DNA from: Lama guanicoe
Taxonomy: Eukaryota
DNA length: 64,000 nt
Assembly: GCA_013239625.1 (NCBI GenBank)
Contig: MU054391.1
Location: 9,085,095 to 9,149,094 of the forward strand
Direction of reading: 5' to 3'
Under the pieces are notes generated by a model. That model was not told the DNA's origin. It saw only the letters and a list, made by a program, of their open reading frames with translations, and did not search any database. Shown one piece after another: positions 12,363 through 25,572 of the stretch. Position 1 is the first letter of the stretch. Every line of letters begins with the position of its first letter. The translations under genes were made by a program, and so were the position numbers.

Positions 12363-13091
12363 AAATGTAATTTGGTGCAACCACTATGGAGAACAGTATA
12401 GAGATTCCTTAGAAAACTAAAAATGGAGCTACTGTATGATCCTGCAATCCCACGCCTAAGCATATAACCAAAAAAGATGAAAACTCTAATTCAGAAAGAT
12501 ACATGCACTTCAGTGTTCACAGCAGCACTATTTACAATAGCCAAGACATGGAAGCAACATAAATGTCCATCAACAGATGACTGGATAAAGAAGATGTGGG
12601 CTATATACACACAGTGGAACATTACACAGTCATAAAAAAGAACACAATATTGCCACTTGCAGCAATATGGATGGACCTAGAGATGATCATACTAAGGGAA
12701 GTCAGTCAGACAGAGGAAGACAAATATTATATAATATCACTTATATGTGGAATCTAAAAATAATACAAATGAACTTATTTACAAAACAGAAACAGACTCA
12801 TAGGCATAGAAAACAAACTTACAGTTACCAAAGAGACAAGGGCAATGACAGATTAGAAGTATGGGATTAATAGATACACATAATATGTATAAAATAGCTA
12901 AACAACAAAGATTTATTTTATAGCACAGGAAACTATATTCAGTATCTTGTAATAACCTATAATGGAAAATGATCATATGTGTGTATGTATATATAACTGA
13001 ATCACTTTGCTGTACACCTGAAACTAACACAATATTGTAAATCAATTATACTTCAATACCAAAAAAAAAAAAAACCACAACAAAATTTTTA
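12363..13091 (+). mobile_element. 5'-truncated L1 (ORF2 C-terminus + 3' UTR + poly(A))
   Basis: ORF2-end sequence (tggtgcaaccactatgg...gatcctgcaatccc...acatggaagcaac), full 3' UTR and poly(A) near 13061. TSD aaaa(t/g)ggcatgaaa at 12349-12362 and 13092-13105 with one mismatch. Confidence 0.95.
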
Positions 13092-13189
13092 AAAAGGGCA
13101 TGAAAGAAAGCCTAGCACCTATGGGTATTACATTATTAGTATAGGCACCACTAAGGAAAAATAACATGCAAATTTGTTCTATGATTTCA

Positions 13190-13268
13190 CTGATTATAAA
13201 ACACATCCCAATATCAGAGATCTGGGACTATGAAAAATGTATACTTCAGAATCAATAAAATGTGGTAC
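13190..13268 (-). mobile_element. MER104/Kanga-like (Tc2 group) DNA-transposon end
   Basis: catcccaatatcagagat...cttcagaatcaataaaatgtggta resembles the recalled MER104 terminus followed by TA. Confidence 0.45.
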
Positions 13269-13659
13269 TTAATTTTTGGGGGGTTTATAGCTGGAACATG
13301 AGATAAAGGAGAGAATGACAACACAAGAAGCCGGGTAAGTAAATAAGAAACAGATCATGAAGTGTGTGTATTTTTTTTTTCCTTCAAATTAAGAAGCCAG
13401 GACATTACCCTGTGGGAAAACTAGAGCCTTTGAAGATTTTAAGTAAGAAAAAGATGCGAGCAAATTGGAGGTATGAGGGGATGGATTGGAGAAATAGCCA
13501 GATACCAGTCAGTTATGAATATATGGCATCCTTTTGATCAGAGATTATCAACTTGGCTGTGTATTACAATCACCCATGAAGATTTTCATGGAATATGTCA
13601 ATTTCAGTCAGTTGTTAATTTCAAGAGCATACAGTTTTATATGTATACTTACTCTTTGA

Positions 13660-13930
13660 AAGTCTGTCGACTCTGTAGTGGTGTGTCCCTCTTCACTCCT
13701 AATAATTTGTGTTTATTGGGTTTATTATTCTTTTTCTTTGACCCAAGAGTTTAGAAGTATGTTCCTTGGTTTTCAAATATGGTTGAGATATCTTATTTCT
13801 ACTTTAATTCCAGTTAAAAAAAAAGAGTTAATATCTTCTGTATGATTTCAACCCTCTGAAAAGTGTTAGACTTAAGTTATGACCAATATAGGGTATCATG
13901 GTGAATGTGTCCTGTGAACTTCAACACGGT
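13660..13930 (-). mobile_element. Ancient L1M fragment
   Basis: T-rich antisense L1 endonuclease-region motifs (tttgacccaagagtttagaagtatgtt, ctgtatgatttcaa, ggtgaatgtgtcctgtgaactt). Confidence 0.6.
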
Positions 13931-15007
13931 GTTTATAGCTGACTGAAAGCTGACTGTTACCCTAAAAGGGAAATTTGGATTCAAGGTCCAAGTCCAAGTC
14001 CAAGTTCAGAAGCTTAGAATTCACTAGACTGAAGTTTCTTTGCTTGTGGACTAGAACAAGTGTTTTAAAAATTGACTATTAAACCATCCTAAAACCTTGT
14101 AAATGAAAACCAAGGAACTTATTTTGACAATGTTTGTCCCTGTTTATAATTCTTTCCTACTTTTAATTCTTCTGCTTCTAGGTTTCATACAACTATACTC
14201 ATAACAGTCACACCATTTTTCACCCATGCGGGGACATTCTTCTGAGGTCTAATGAAACTTGCAAGCTCTTTATTTCACAATATTTATTTTAAGATAAAGT
14301 GTTCTGAATAGCTGGACTTTGAGATTGTGTCTTATTTTATTATTATAAATACCTGCTATCAATTGCTTTGCATGTCTTGGGGTCCTTTTTCCTCTTCTTT
14401 TACATTATTTCCTTGAAATAGTCGTCTAGGAAGAATACCACAGGACAGAAGGGTTTGGACACATTTTGGATGTTGATCTACTTTGCACAGAAGCCGTCAA
14501 GAGGCTGTCCTCATAACTGTCATAACTCCCCATGGAGTCCCTTTCCACCTTGCCTCTCTGCCATGGTCTTTGCCATTTTTACTCTCCAATATTTCTGTCC
14601 TCTCTAGTAAACTTTTTGTCCTCTCCGGATGGACTCCTCCTGCTCTACATTCAAACTCACCTGTCATCTATAAAACTCTGCAGAACTTTCGGTAGTACTG
14701 GTCACCCTTCCTCCTCCATCCCAATAACACTCTATGCACATTTCAACTGTAACACTTCCTGCATTCCAGCCTCACCTGTTCTTTGCCCCCTAATATGTTG
14801 TGAGGGACACTTTCAGAAGATATTTGATAATTTTCTGTTGACTGAACTTACATGCATCTAGCAATAATGAATAGACTTTTTTTCTGTATAGTATGGTTGG
14901 CTGTAAATTATTATCATTTCATTTTCTTCTTTCTTGTGTAATAGGTTCTTTTTAAGTTTACTCAGTAAAAAATTTAGATAAATACAAATATGGGGTAGCC
15001 ATTGTGA

Positions 15008-15109
15008 TTTTTTCTTTTAAGATTTTTTTTTATTGGTGGTACTGGGGATTGAACCAAGGACCTTGTGCATGCTAAGCACATACTCTACCACTGAGCTATA
15101 CCCTTTCCC
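15008..15109 (-). mobile_element. tRNA-Ala-derived camelid SINE (Vic-1 type)
   Basis: Reverse complement reads gggtatagctcagtggtagagtatgtgcttagcatgcacaaggtccttggttcaatccccagtacc plus poly(A). Pol III A and B boxes are present. Confidence 0.9.
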
Positions 15110-17331
15110 ATCCTGATTGCTGATAAATATGAGAAAGTAAGAAGCTGATTTTGACTAGAGATATGTTTTCTGTTTTTGTTTTTGTTTTGTTTTGCTGTTG
15201 GTGGTTTTTTAGCATTTAAGAAAGTAAGGTAAGTCACCTCTAAGGGGTTATTATCCTATTTTAACCTGTAAGTGGGCAGTCTTCAGATGAATATCCACAG
15301 CTACCTCTCCCCCACAGGACAGTCAACACAATGCTTCAGAAAGGCTATTAAAGGTGCCGAAATGAGAAAGTAAAGATCGCTGTCTGACTGGCTACACTTG
15401 CCATTTAATCTACCCCATTCATCCTCTCTTCAAAATTCATTTTGATTTCTACAGAGAATTCACCATTATAAAGTGACCTGTATTAAGTGGAGCTATAGTG
15501 AGGAATAGAGGATAAATATAAAAAGCACCTTTACCGTTCTTTCTCCATTTAAAGAGAACTCAGTTTGTTCAAAATTTGGAGAAAAGGAAGATAGGAAGTT
15601 TCTAAATTGCTAAAGCAGTAATTCTCAAAATCCTTGATTCATAAATGAGAAGTAGGGAATTTTACATCCCCAGAGGAGGAGGAATCTAAAAATATTTGAG
15701 GGGAATGGAAATCACCCTAAAAGCTTAATGAGCTGCTACAGAAAATACAGTTGAAGAAATTGCATTTTTGAAAGTGGTCAGGAAGAGACAGTATATAAGA
15801 GATTTGGTCACATACCATAATAGAAAAGGAATTTAAAAAAAAAACACCATTTAGTAACTAAGAAGCCTTTTCAGTTATGCTTATTCTGGAAGTTATATAG
15901 TATTAACTTTTGCATTTGGCAAAAATGAATCAACTTGGGATCTAGAATGAGAGCTGTTCCAATATTCCTTGCCTAACATGAGAAAAAGGATGAAGAGGGA
16001 TGGAGAGGAAGTCAGCCAGCAGGGTGGGCCAGCGAGTTGAGATGAGGTTGTCCCTGTGGTTGGGAGAAATGGAAGGGACCTCATTCTGAGTTTGAAGGAG
16101 ACACCGGGAAACCAGAGTATTGGTGAGATGTCAAAATGAATCTGAAAACTAGAGAAGTCTGAACAGTTCGGCATAATTGAGGGTCCAAAAGCTCTTGAAT
16201 CCAGAGTTGGTGTCTGGAGCTGGGATTCAGAAGCCAGGGGGCGCTGCAGAGGGCCACACTCAGAGTAGTTCATGAGTAGCTATGGGCAATTGCCTGAAAC
16301 AGATTTTGTTTTCAAGTTGTTTTCTATGAGCAGCCATAGCGTGAAGCATGGTTGAGTGGCCTGCTTTTAAAGCCAGGAGGAGACTACATAAAATCTTGGT
16401 AAATATTACCCAATTGTCCTCCAGGATGACTTTACCAATTTATAGTCCCACCAACAGAGAATGAGAATATTATCTCACTCCCTCATTGCCAGAATAAAGA
16501 TAAATCCTTTTTACTTTGCCAATTTGGCAAATTCCTCACTTCTAAATGATTCCTTTGCATTTCTAAGTTACCAGTAAATACATGTTTTATATATACTGCA
16601 TTTATTTTGATATAAATTATCTGATGATGTCTTTTAGATTCATTTTTATTGCTGCTTTAATATTTTTGTAATATTCTATATAAACTCTAATATGTTAAGA
16701 ATAGGACCATTGTCAAATTTGTTGAAATCTTAACCTACTACATGTATTTTAATTTTAATGATGATCTTTAACATATAAACTATGTGGTCAAATCTCTCAA
16801 GATTTTCTTCCAGTGTTTTTATATTTACAGTTTTTTCCTTTTTTCAAGCCAAGGTCCTTTATGAGGTGATATTTATTTTCTGATCATTTCTTAAACGGCT
16901 TTACTTTTCATAATCAAGTACTTAATTATCTGGGTTTTATTTTGACATAAGGCAATGGTCTGGGCTGGTCACACAGAGCTAGTTTCGCTGCTTTAAGCAG
17001 AGAGGGATTTACTAAGGAGTTTAAGCTAATTTAATGAATTACCAGGAGGGCTGGATGCCAAACAGCATCACAGACAAAGTATTCACATTCACATCATGGG
17101 AGCATCTGAGGGGAAACGCATTACTGCTGCATGCTGGGGACCAGAATAAGGAACCCCACAACAACTGATCAGAATAATCAAGTATTTCTACCACAAGAAC
17201 AAGCTTCCTGGGCACTGTTTGCCACTTCATGGTGCCCACTTCTGCCTTCCCAAGATTCACAGCTGCAGCTCCTGGATATCACCTTTGCCACATGCTGAAT
17301 GCTAGCTGCAAGAGAGTCTGCTCAGTAGACT

Positions 17332-17546
17332 AACAGCTAACACTATGTGATGCTTATTGAGTGCCAGTGCTTTCACAGATGTTAACTAATTTTTACACTA
17401 TCCTCCGAGGTAGGTATTGTTTTATCCCCATTTTACATATGAAGAAACTGAGACACAGAAAGGAACTGCCCCCATACCAAGCAGTGAATGGACGGCAGAT
17501 TGGGATTTGTTCCCACACTGCCTGGCTCCAGAATCTGTGCTCTTAG
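17332..17546 (-). mobile_element. MIR SINE
   Basis: Core motif atccccattttacatatgaagaaactgagacacaga and end ctggctccagaatctgtgctctt. Confidence 0.9.
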
Positions 17547-18039
17547 GAACATTCCTGTTAACATTAGGAGCAAGTCAATTACTGTAATAGCTAGCCTGAG
17601 ATTTTAGGCTTCTCAGCCTCTGTCTGCGATACAGGAAGCCAAGCTAGAAAGAGATGGGAGTGGGTGCTGGATGAGTCCATGTGCACAGTTCTGCACAGAC
17701 ACTGACCTGATTTTCCCAAAGGCTACTCAATTTTCTAGTGGTATTTATTGAATAATCTTGTTTTTCTTATTGACTTACACTAATGCTCTTATGCATTGAG
17801 TAGGCACTCAATGAATATTTTCTGAATGAATAAATAAATATTTTAGAGTCTACTTTAGACTGTCTATTTTGATCCATTGTCAGTTCTGGCATTTAGCGTG
17901 ATATTTCAGTTGCCATTCAAGAGGCACTCTCTGGATCTAGCCAATATGTCCCACTCTGACTGCCCCCCATCTGCTGACCTCAACAGCACCCTGGCTTCTG
18001 GTTGGGAGATATCCTAGGATGCAGAGGAAAGAGGAGTGA

Positions 18040-18282
18040 TGTTGGAGTATTCTCCCCGGTGACGTGGCCTTGGGTTAGCCTGTCCCTCAGCTGAAGAACT
18101 CGTCCTGTCAATGGTCCTTTCATTGGTTTCGTAACTGCCCTTCCCCCACCCCTTCCCACCTAAGGATTCTTGCCTATTGCTGGCCTGGATATTACACAAT
18201 CCCTTTTTAGTTTCCCCAAAATCTGCTCACATTTTTGTCAGTAGCCCCTTTGTTAAACTCTCCTCCAATTACCCAGTTTGTG
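18040..18282 (+). mobile_element. LTR33-like ERVL LTR fragment
   Basis: tagcccctttgttaaactctcctccaattacccagtttg resembles the recalled LTR33 3' part. Confidence 0.55.
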
Positions 18283-20204
18283 CACAGCAATAGCTGCATG
18301 CTGTTTTAATTATTATCATTTTAAAACATTTTCCAACATCTGGTGGGAAAAATATTCAAGATTTCCATCAACCTCAAAATTTCCTCTGCTATTTACTTAT
18401 TTCTCTGGATTAGAACCACTTTGAATTCTAAAAATGATCCACTGAATAAAAATTGGACTATAATGAAATGCAAAGATAATTGACATGTTTTTCTTCCCAG
18501 TTGAAGGCATGACGTATCTTCCCATTTATTCATATCTCCTTCGTGTCTTGCTGTGAATACTTTCAGTTTCCTCATGTAGACTTGCGTCTTCTTGCTATTC
18601 CTGGGTATGGTAGCGATTCAACCATTTTTTTTTCTTTTGTAATTTTATTCCTTCCCACCCCACCCCTGCACAGCTAAGTTACTCAATTCATGTGTTCATT
18701 TGAACAGGTTGCTGATTCTCTTGAATATTCCAGATACTTAATTATCTTGGATTTACTATATAAATCATCATATCATCTTCTACCAGTGATAATTTTACTT
18801 CTTTTTAATCACTAAAACTTTTCTATCTGTTGCATATATCACTGAATTATCTAAAGTGTCTTGAAAGGGTGTAATAATGGGCTTTTTAAAAATCTTGACT
18901 TGCTCCTAATTTTAATAGAAAGACCTGTAATGATTCAACATTAGTATTCAGTTAGTTCTTTACTGTAGATAGTCTTTATAAGGTTTAAGAAGTGTCTTTA
19001 TACGCCTAGTTCACTACATATCACGGTGTGTTTTTTCTTTTCATCATTTATCTGGAATGGGTGGGGAATGGATTTCATTAAGTGACTTCTCAGCACTTTA
19101 TCAGATGATGAAAATATTCCTTCTCTAACATATCAACATGATATATTAAAATAATACAACTAATTTTGTAAAAGCCTTTCATTCCAAGAATAAAACCTAT
19201 GCAGTCATAGTATACCGCTCTTAAAATATACTTTGGGATTTCAACTTCTTGGTATTTTATAAAGGCTTTTCTCCCATCTATTTTCAAAATTACAGGTGAG
19301 ATCCTGGTTCCTTGTTCTGTGTTATCAATGTCAGGTTTTGGAAAAATAAATTTGTGAGTATTTCTGACTTTTCTCTTCTTTAGAACCATTTCAACAGCAT
19401 ACAAATTATTACATGAAAACAGAAGATAAATAAAATGGTCCAAGCCTGGGATCATGCAGAAGTATAATTTTTATACAAGTTTTTTCAATTCCATGGTTTA
19501 TTCAGGTTTTTCACTCTTCCTGAATCACTTTTAGTCATTTATGTTTTTACAGAAAATGAGGGTTTTTTGAAGGGGGATAAACAAATGTTTTAGCAGAGAG
19601 TGTTCCATGATTCTTAATCTAATTTTTAAATCATGTTTTGAATTTATAAATTCTACTTATCTGTTTATAAATTTATTACCTTCTGATTTATGTCAACTTC
19701 CCCCCATGGTTCCTTCAATGTTGTTTTTGTTCCTGTACTTACTAAAATTCCCGAAACTTCATGCTTAATTAACTTAATGCATTGGGATCTTTTAAATGAT
19801 GAAATTGTCAGAATTATTCATTTCACTCTGTTCCATTCTCTACATTTTCTATGTGTTTATTTCATGAAGTTTCTAATAAGCATAATATAGTATTTATTTC
19901 CCTTTAAAAAGGACTTATTTAGATAGTGCTTTTAAATACTTTTCTATTAGGATCTCTTTGCTTTTCTTATTGCACTTTTCAACTATTATTAACACCTAGT
20001 GACATACACTGTGGGGATAACAGATAATAACCTGCACAGTTTCTTCTTGTCAAAGTTCTAAGAACAATTTATTTATGAGTTGCTAAAGGACACTAATCAC
20101 CGTAACTATTATTCTGCTGAAATCCCTGGTCAGCCAGGTATAGAGCATTTGAAAGTTTGCCAAGCAATTCCTCAGGCAACATAGACCAAGGAGAGACGGA
20201 GGAC

Positions 20205-20703
20205 ATTTCAGCCATTTCTGTATAAGAAACAATCCCCAAACCTTGGTGGCAACTCGCAGGCTTATTTTTCTCTCACAGTCAGATGTGAGGCGCCCTGCTG
20301 ATCCCAGCGGGGCTTGCTTCTCATCCTCAGTTCTGGTGGGGCTGACCTGGGCTGGCCTTGCTTGGAGTTGTAGGTCCAGCTGGTACAGCTCTTCAGATCT
20401 GCTCTGTGTGTCTCATTCTTGGGTGTAGTCTGAAGTGATGTAGCTGCCTCGGATCACGTTGAGGTCTAATTTTTCTGGCGTGGAGCAGGGAAGGGGATCT
20501 TATGGCCATGATGGACAAGCAAGCGGGCAAGGTCCTCTGCACAAGTGTGTTCCAAGTCCCGGCTTTTATCACATCTACTAAAAGCCCATTGGGGAAAGCA
20601 AGGCACATGACTGGGCCTTAGCCGGGGGAAAATCACTGTCTCTTGTAGGGGCAGTGGCCAAATTACACAGGAAAAGGTAAACAATCCCATAATTCAGTCT
20701 ACA
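20205..20703 (-). mobile_element. Old MaLR solo LTR (MLT1H-J-like)
   Basis: aaacaatccccaaaccttggtggc...tttttctctcacagt...gggctgacctgggctgg...aaagcaaggcacatg motifs. Confidence 0.65.
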
Positions 20704-21146
20704 GCAGAAGGATGTTGAAGGTCAAAACAAAAAGCAGACTTCAGCGACATGCACTGCACACAAATGGACACCATGAAAAATGACCAACTTAACTGCTACG
20801 AGATGAAGCAAAGGGGAAACGTGCAGAGAGGCTCCTGGGGCGGAGGAGAGAATAAGCCATCACTCTTTGCATAAATAACAAGCACTTGCAATGAATTTTG
20901 AACCCAGTGAGGACGACCTACTTTGCGCTCTAAGTTCTAGCAACGCTAACTACTCACAGTATCCCACGTGCACAGTGCTCTACTGCATCTTCCTTGAATG
21001 TTTTCTTCCTGTTCGATCCCCATGTTTTCCTTTAATGAATGCCTACTTTACCTTCAGTACTCAGGTCACATGACCTTCTACAGGATGTTTTCTCCAGCCT
21101 TTTTTTCTTAGTTTTTTTTTTCTTTTTTCAGAGTTAGGGAAGGTAT

Positions 21147-21343
21147 TTTTTAAAAATTGAAGTATAGTCAATTTACAATGTTGTGCTAATTTTTGGTGTA
21201 CAGCATAGTGACTCAGTTATACATATGTATAACTTTTCATATTCTTTTTCATTATAAGCTATTAGAAGGTATTGAATATAGTTTCCTGTGCTATAAGGTA
21301 GGACCCTGCTATTTATCTATTTTATATATAATAGTTAGTATCT
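21147..21343 (-). mobile_element. Truncated cetartiodactyl-type L1 3' end
   Basis: aattgaagtatagtcaatttacaatgttgtg...tgtacagcatagtgactcag...gaatatagtttcctgtgctata is antisense to the 3' UTR of the 12363 copy. Confidence 0.9.
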
Positions 21344-22869
21344 CCAACTTTTTAAATTATTCTTGATACCTCATTTTCTATACTTCTGTGGCATCCTATA
21401 CAAATCTGAGAACTACCACCTTATATCCTAATTCTGTGTGTGTGTAATCAAGACCATGGCCTTCTTGAGGGCGGGGACCAGGTCTTAATTTTCTCTCCAT
21501 CCTCAGGGCTTTGAAGTGCTTGGTAAACAGTGCACAGTCAAATATTTATTGGCCAAATAAATGAAAAATCTGAAAGGGCTTCAAAACCTGCTGGGAAACA
21601 TATACAGGAGTCAGGATCGAAACATCAGCTTGATTGCAGGTAAAAATGGACCAGTGAAGTTGGAGGTGGTTGGGACCAGAGGCCAAAATGTGCTTTACAG
21701 CCTGTTCTCCCCGCCAACGCCTCCCGCAGCTCTAGAGCTGCCACTGAATTTACTTGCTCAGTCACAGTATGGTTCCAGGAGGATCAGGGGCTCCCCTCAC
21801 CAGGAGCAGAGCTTGTCCTGGTGACTCATCACATGGAAGAGGAGCTGGAGACACAGCAGCCCTGCAGGTAGCAGAGAGCAGAGGAGGGGCTGTGCATCTC
21901 CAGGCCCTGATCCTGGATGGTGTCAATCATGCAGGTCTCTCCTCCTCTGGGGAGGAGAGAGTAAAGTAGAGAAAATAAACATTTTCTTTTCAAGGCTTCC
22001 AAGAGTGGGGGGATCTTTTATCATGAGCCAGTGGGGTGCACCAGGGGAGAAAAAGAACAAATGAGCACTATTTCCTGATCATCCACCCCCTTGTCACCAC
22101 TCAAGTTAGTGACAACCTTAGCAATTTCCCCCCAGAAAAGGGCATAAGATTTCACGAGAGAGACTTGCAGGATGTGGTGAGCTGAACTGGGGAGCAGGTG
22201 GTGATGGGAAAGAAGAGCAGAAAATAATGTGTGAAGGCTTCTCATAAGAATTCCCTCAGTAGTGGGTCATGTCCTCCCTCACCCTGGCCCTAACCGATCC
22301 CTGCCTGCTACCAAGTATCTTAGCAATGTTTCAACCTCCCAAAGGGAAAATCCAAACGTGAAAGAGAATAAACAAACTGTGAAAGATTTATCTTGTGGCA
22401 AATAAACACTATTCATAAATATTAAAACTAGAATGAAGATAACTGATTAGCACAACCGCCTGGGAAGTTCTACCTTAATCATCTTGGCCAGTTCCTTTCA
22501 GTCCAACCACACTGGGCCAAAAGGGCAAAGGGGTGCAGAGGAGAGAGAGCCTAGGGGCTCTAAGTTTGGGTTTCATATGTGATACACCCCTTGGACCCCA
22601 CATGTTTGGAGTGAAAGATATTCACCAAAAGCATAGTGAAGTAGAAGGAGCACCAAAAAAGGTGTTAGGAAACATGGGTTCTCGTCCCACGTGTGTAACT
22701 TGCTAGCTGTGTGACTTTGGGCAGGACAGCCAGTTTCCCTTTGTTACCACGCTATTGCATCTGCAAAAGGATGGACTAGAAGATGTCAAAAATGTCTTCT
22801 TAATTTTAATTTTATGTATTATTTTCAAGTCTATCAAAAGTCAACAAAACATGAAAACTGCTGTTATTC

Positions 22870-23060
22870 GACATGCATAGAGGGCTCTGCTAGGTTTATA
22901 AAATCTCATTTAATCCTCCCAACAGCCCTATGGAGTAGGGATAATTATCCCTATTTAACAGATGAGGAAAGTTGAGCTCTAACAGGTCACCTGATTTGCC
23001 CAGGGTAACTGGGAGAGGGAGGATTAAATCCCATAGGTTACTCCAAAGCTCGCTCTGCAT
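22870..23060 (-). mobile_element. MIR SINE
   Basis: tctcatttaatcctcccaacagccctatg...atccctatttaacagatgaggaaa. Confidence 0.85.
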
Positions 23061-24149
23061 TTTATGATGCACTCCTTTAAAAATTAGAGCATTTGCAAAA
23101 CCTGTCCATTTTTTGAAACCACTCCATGGACCTTACCCAAATTCCTGGGATCCTCACAAGCTATCTTTTTTTAGTCCCATTTTTCAGATGAGCCAACTGT
23201 CACTCCCAGAAGCAGAGTTGCCCAAGGTCATAACGGTTGTTAGACTCAGAGCTGGAATGTCTCCCACATGGGCTGCGCTGTCTAAGGCCGCTCCTTTTCT
23301 CTGAGGCAGACCACACTTGGCCACTTCTCCTGGAGCCTGTTGTTCCTCAAAGAAACCCCAATCACTGGGGCAGGCATTCTGTAGCTCCTGACTCAGGAGG
23401 ACAATCCCATTCATTTCCTGGGATGGAGCTATCTGAGATAATTCTTTGACATAGTCATATCTTGAAGAGGCAGTGTTTACTGCCTCTTTGATTAAATCCA
23501 TTAGCTATTCAGACACAGCTGCCCTTCAGAAAAAACAGTGTGCTTCCAAAAGCCACACATTTGGCAGCTAAATGATTCTGGGCCAAACCAGAGCGATCTA
23601 ACCCATCCAGCAAATAGTGATAAATGTGAGCAAAGCTCACAATATCAGAGTTGGAAAGGAACTTGAAATCATGAGAAGTACAAATCCTTCCCTTTACAGA
23701 TGGGTAAACTGAACCTTGGTAGCAAGAAGGGTCTCCCCAAAGTCAAGCAACACCAGAGCCTGGGTCAGAAAGTCCTTCTGACTCAGAATTTAGTGTCTTT
23801 CCATTTGAATACTGGGGATCTCAATATTCCGAAATGAAATTCCATTATGATGTGGGCTGGGAACTGGAAAAAATTATCAGCATTACCCCTCACTTCTATA
23901 GAAGGATATGCAAGTTTCAAACCTCTTTCATGTCCCTTGTTTAATTTCATTTTCACAGCAATGCCATTGAGTTGGTTTTTTTGTTTTGCTGCAGCAATAA
24001 AAATGCCTAAATCAAAGTGGCTTGTAAAAACAAAGATGTATTTCTCGCTCATATACATGTCCAGTATGGGCTGGCCATCACCCTGCTCCACAATATTTTT
24101 ATTCTAGGATTCAGGCTGACAGAGTAGCCCTAACTGTGCCATGGCTGGT

Positions 24150-24740
24150 TGCCATGGAATATACTGTGTCTCCCAAAAGATACTGCAGTCTTAACCCATC
24201 AGCACCTGTGAATGTGACCTTATTTGGAAATGGAATCTTTGTAGTTGATCAAGTTAAGATAAGATCACTAGAGTGGGCCCTAATCCAGTATGACTGACAT
24301 CCTCATAAAAGGGGGAAATTTGGACACAGAGACAGACACACAGGGATAACACCATATGAAGATGAGGTAGGGATCAAACCAAGGAATGCCAAAGATCGCC
24401 AGCAAGCTACCAAACAGCAGGGGAGAGTCATGGAACAGATTCTTTGTTACAAACCTGGGAAGAGCAGGGAGGGTATAGCTCAGCGGTAGAGAGCGTGCTT
24501 AGCAAGCACAAGGTCCTGGGTGGGTTCAATCCCTAGTACCTCCATTAAAAATACATACATAAGTAAATAAACCTAGTTACCTATCCCCAAAAAAATTTAA
24601 TCAAAAAAACCTAGGAAGAAACCAGTCATGCTGACACCTTGATCTCAGACCTCCAGCCTCCTGACTGTGAGACAGAGATTTCTACTGTTGAAACCACACA
24701 GTTTGTTGTAGGTTATTAATGAGCCTAGCAAACTAATAGA
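24150..24740 (+). mobile_element. MLT1B-like MaLR solo LTR containing a SINE
   Basis: gaatgtgaccttatttggaaat...gggccctaatccagtatgactg...ccaaggaatgccaaagatcgccagcaa...ctgacaccttgatctcagac...cctagcaaactaata. Confidence 0.9.
24464..24606 (+). mobile_element. tRNA-Ala-derived camelid SINE (Vic-1 type) with 13-bp TSD
   Basis: gggagggtatagctcagcggtagagagcgtgcttagcaagcacaaggtcctggg...ggttcaatccctagtacctcca plus tail. TSD aaacct(g/a)ggaaga at 24451-24463 and 24607-24619. Confidence 0.93.
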
Positions 24741-25572
24741 CCAATCTTGTTGCAGAGAGAAAAGAGATGACGGCGAAGCACAAGCCACCTCCCAAAGCTT
24801 CTGCTCACATCCCCTTGGCCCTAAGGGTATCACAGAGCTAAGCTTGATGTCAATGGGTGGGAAAAATGACCCCCTTATACAAGGAGTGTTCCCTTAGGGA
24901 GAGGCAGCCCCGGGAGGGGCAGAGGATATTTTGAAAAATGATACCATCGACCACTGCACCTTCATCGCTTTCGACAGAAAGGTAGTGAGGTTCCTTGAAC
25001 TGAGAACCACTGAAGTGTCCCAGTCAAGTAACTGGTGGCATCAGCGTGTGATCCCAAGTGTTTTGCTCCAAGTTTTAGGCTCTTTCTACCACCTCCCCAA
25101 GGAATCCTAACAATAACCAAGCCAGGTCACCTGTATTGACCTCTATCCTGGAAGTGCCAGCGTGAGTCTCCTTCCTAGTATCAGTCATTTGGTTAAGGAT
25201 CATAGGATTATCTTCCAGAAATAGAGTAATTTGGTCCACACCAGAGTCCAGCACGAGTTTTTTCTTTTGAGCTTGATTATAGCCCCTCATCAGAAAACCA
25301 TGTGAGCTATTTTCCTGTGCAAACACATGTGTGAAACCAGGACAGCGATTTAGTTGTTGTCTTATTAAACAGTTTTATGTGGAGTTGCCGGGGAAGAGAC
25401 ACCTTGAAGAACTTACCATCAGCCTCGGAACCCTGCCAGCTCAGCCCTTCCTGCTCACCACGTTCTGAGAACCAGGGGTTCATCTGGCCGGTGAGGTCAG
25501 GCCTGGCCACTGCAGCATGTGAGCCTGTAGCACAAAGACCTAGGAGGTCGGAGCAGGAAGGGGCCTCGTCCA

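Larger units (their letters stand above)
16390..19900 (-). mobile_element. Fragmented ancient L1M (ORF2 3' half), interrupted by other repeats
   Basis: Antisense L1 motifs (taccaatttatagtcccaccaacag near 16433). ORF 19090..19455(-) contains FPKPDIDNTEQG..RISPVILKID, a decayed version of the L1 ORF2 motif LIPKP..ENFRPISLMNID. Confidence 0.7.
23965..24950 (-). mobile_element. Old MLT1-type LTR split by a younger MLT1B-like LTR
   Basis: Left part (ttttgctgcagcaataaaa...cagtggctt-like...tttctcgctcat) and right part (cttctgctcacatccccttggcc...aagcttgatgtcaatggg) flank the insert at 24150-24740. Confidence 0.6.

Noticed and set aside
21091..21353. TSD for the L1 at 21147 (tctccagcctttt / tctccaactttt)
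   Set aside because: Two mismatches in a short low-complexity match that partly overlaps the L1 sequence itself, so it is not reliable.
24464..24545. tRNA-Ala gene (also 15035-15109 and 42580-42650)
   Set aside because: A-rich tails, TSDs, indels and broken stems mark these as SINE copies, not functional tRNAs.
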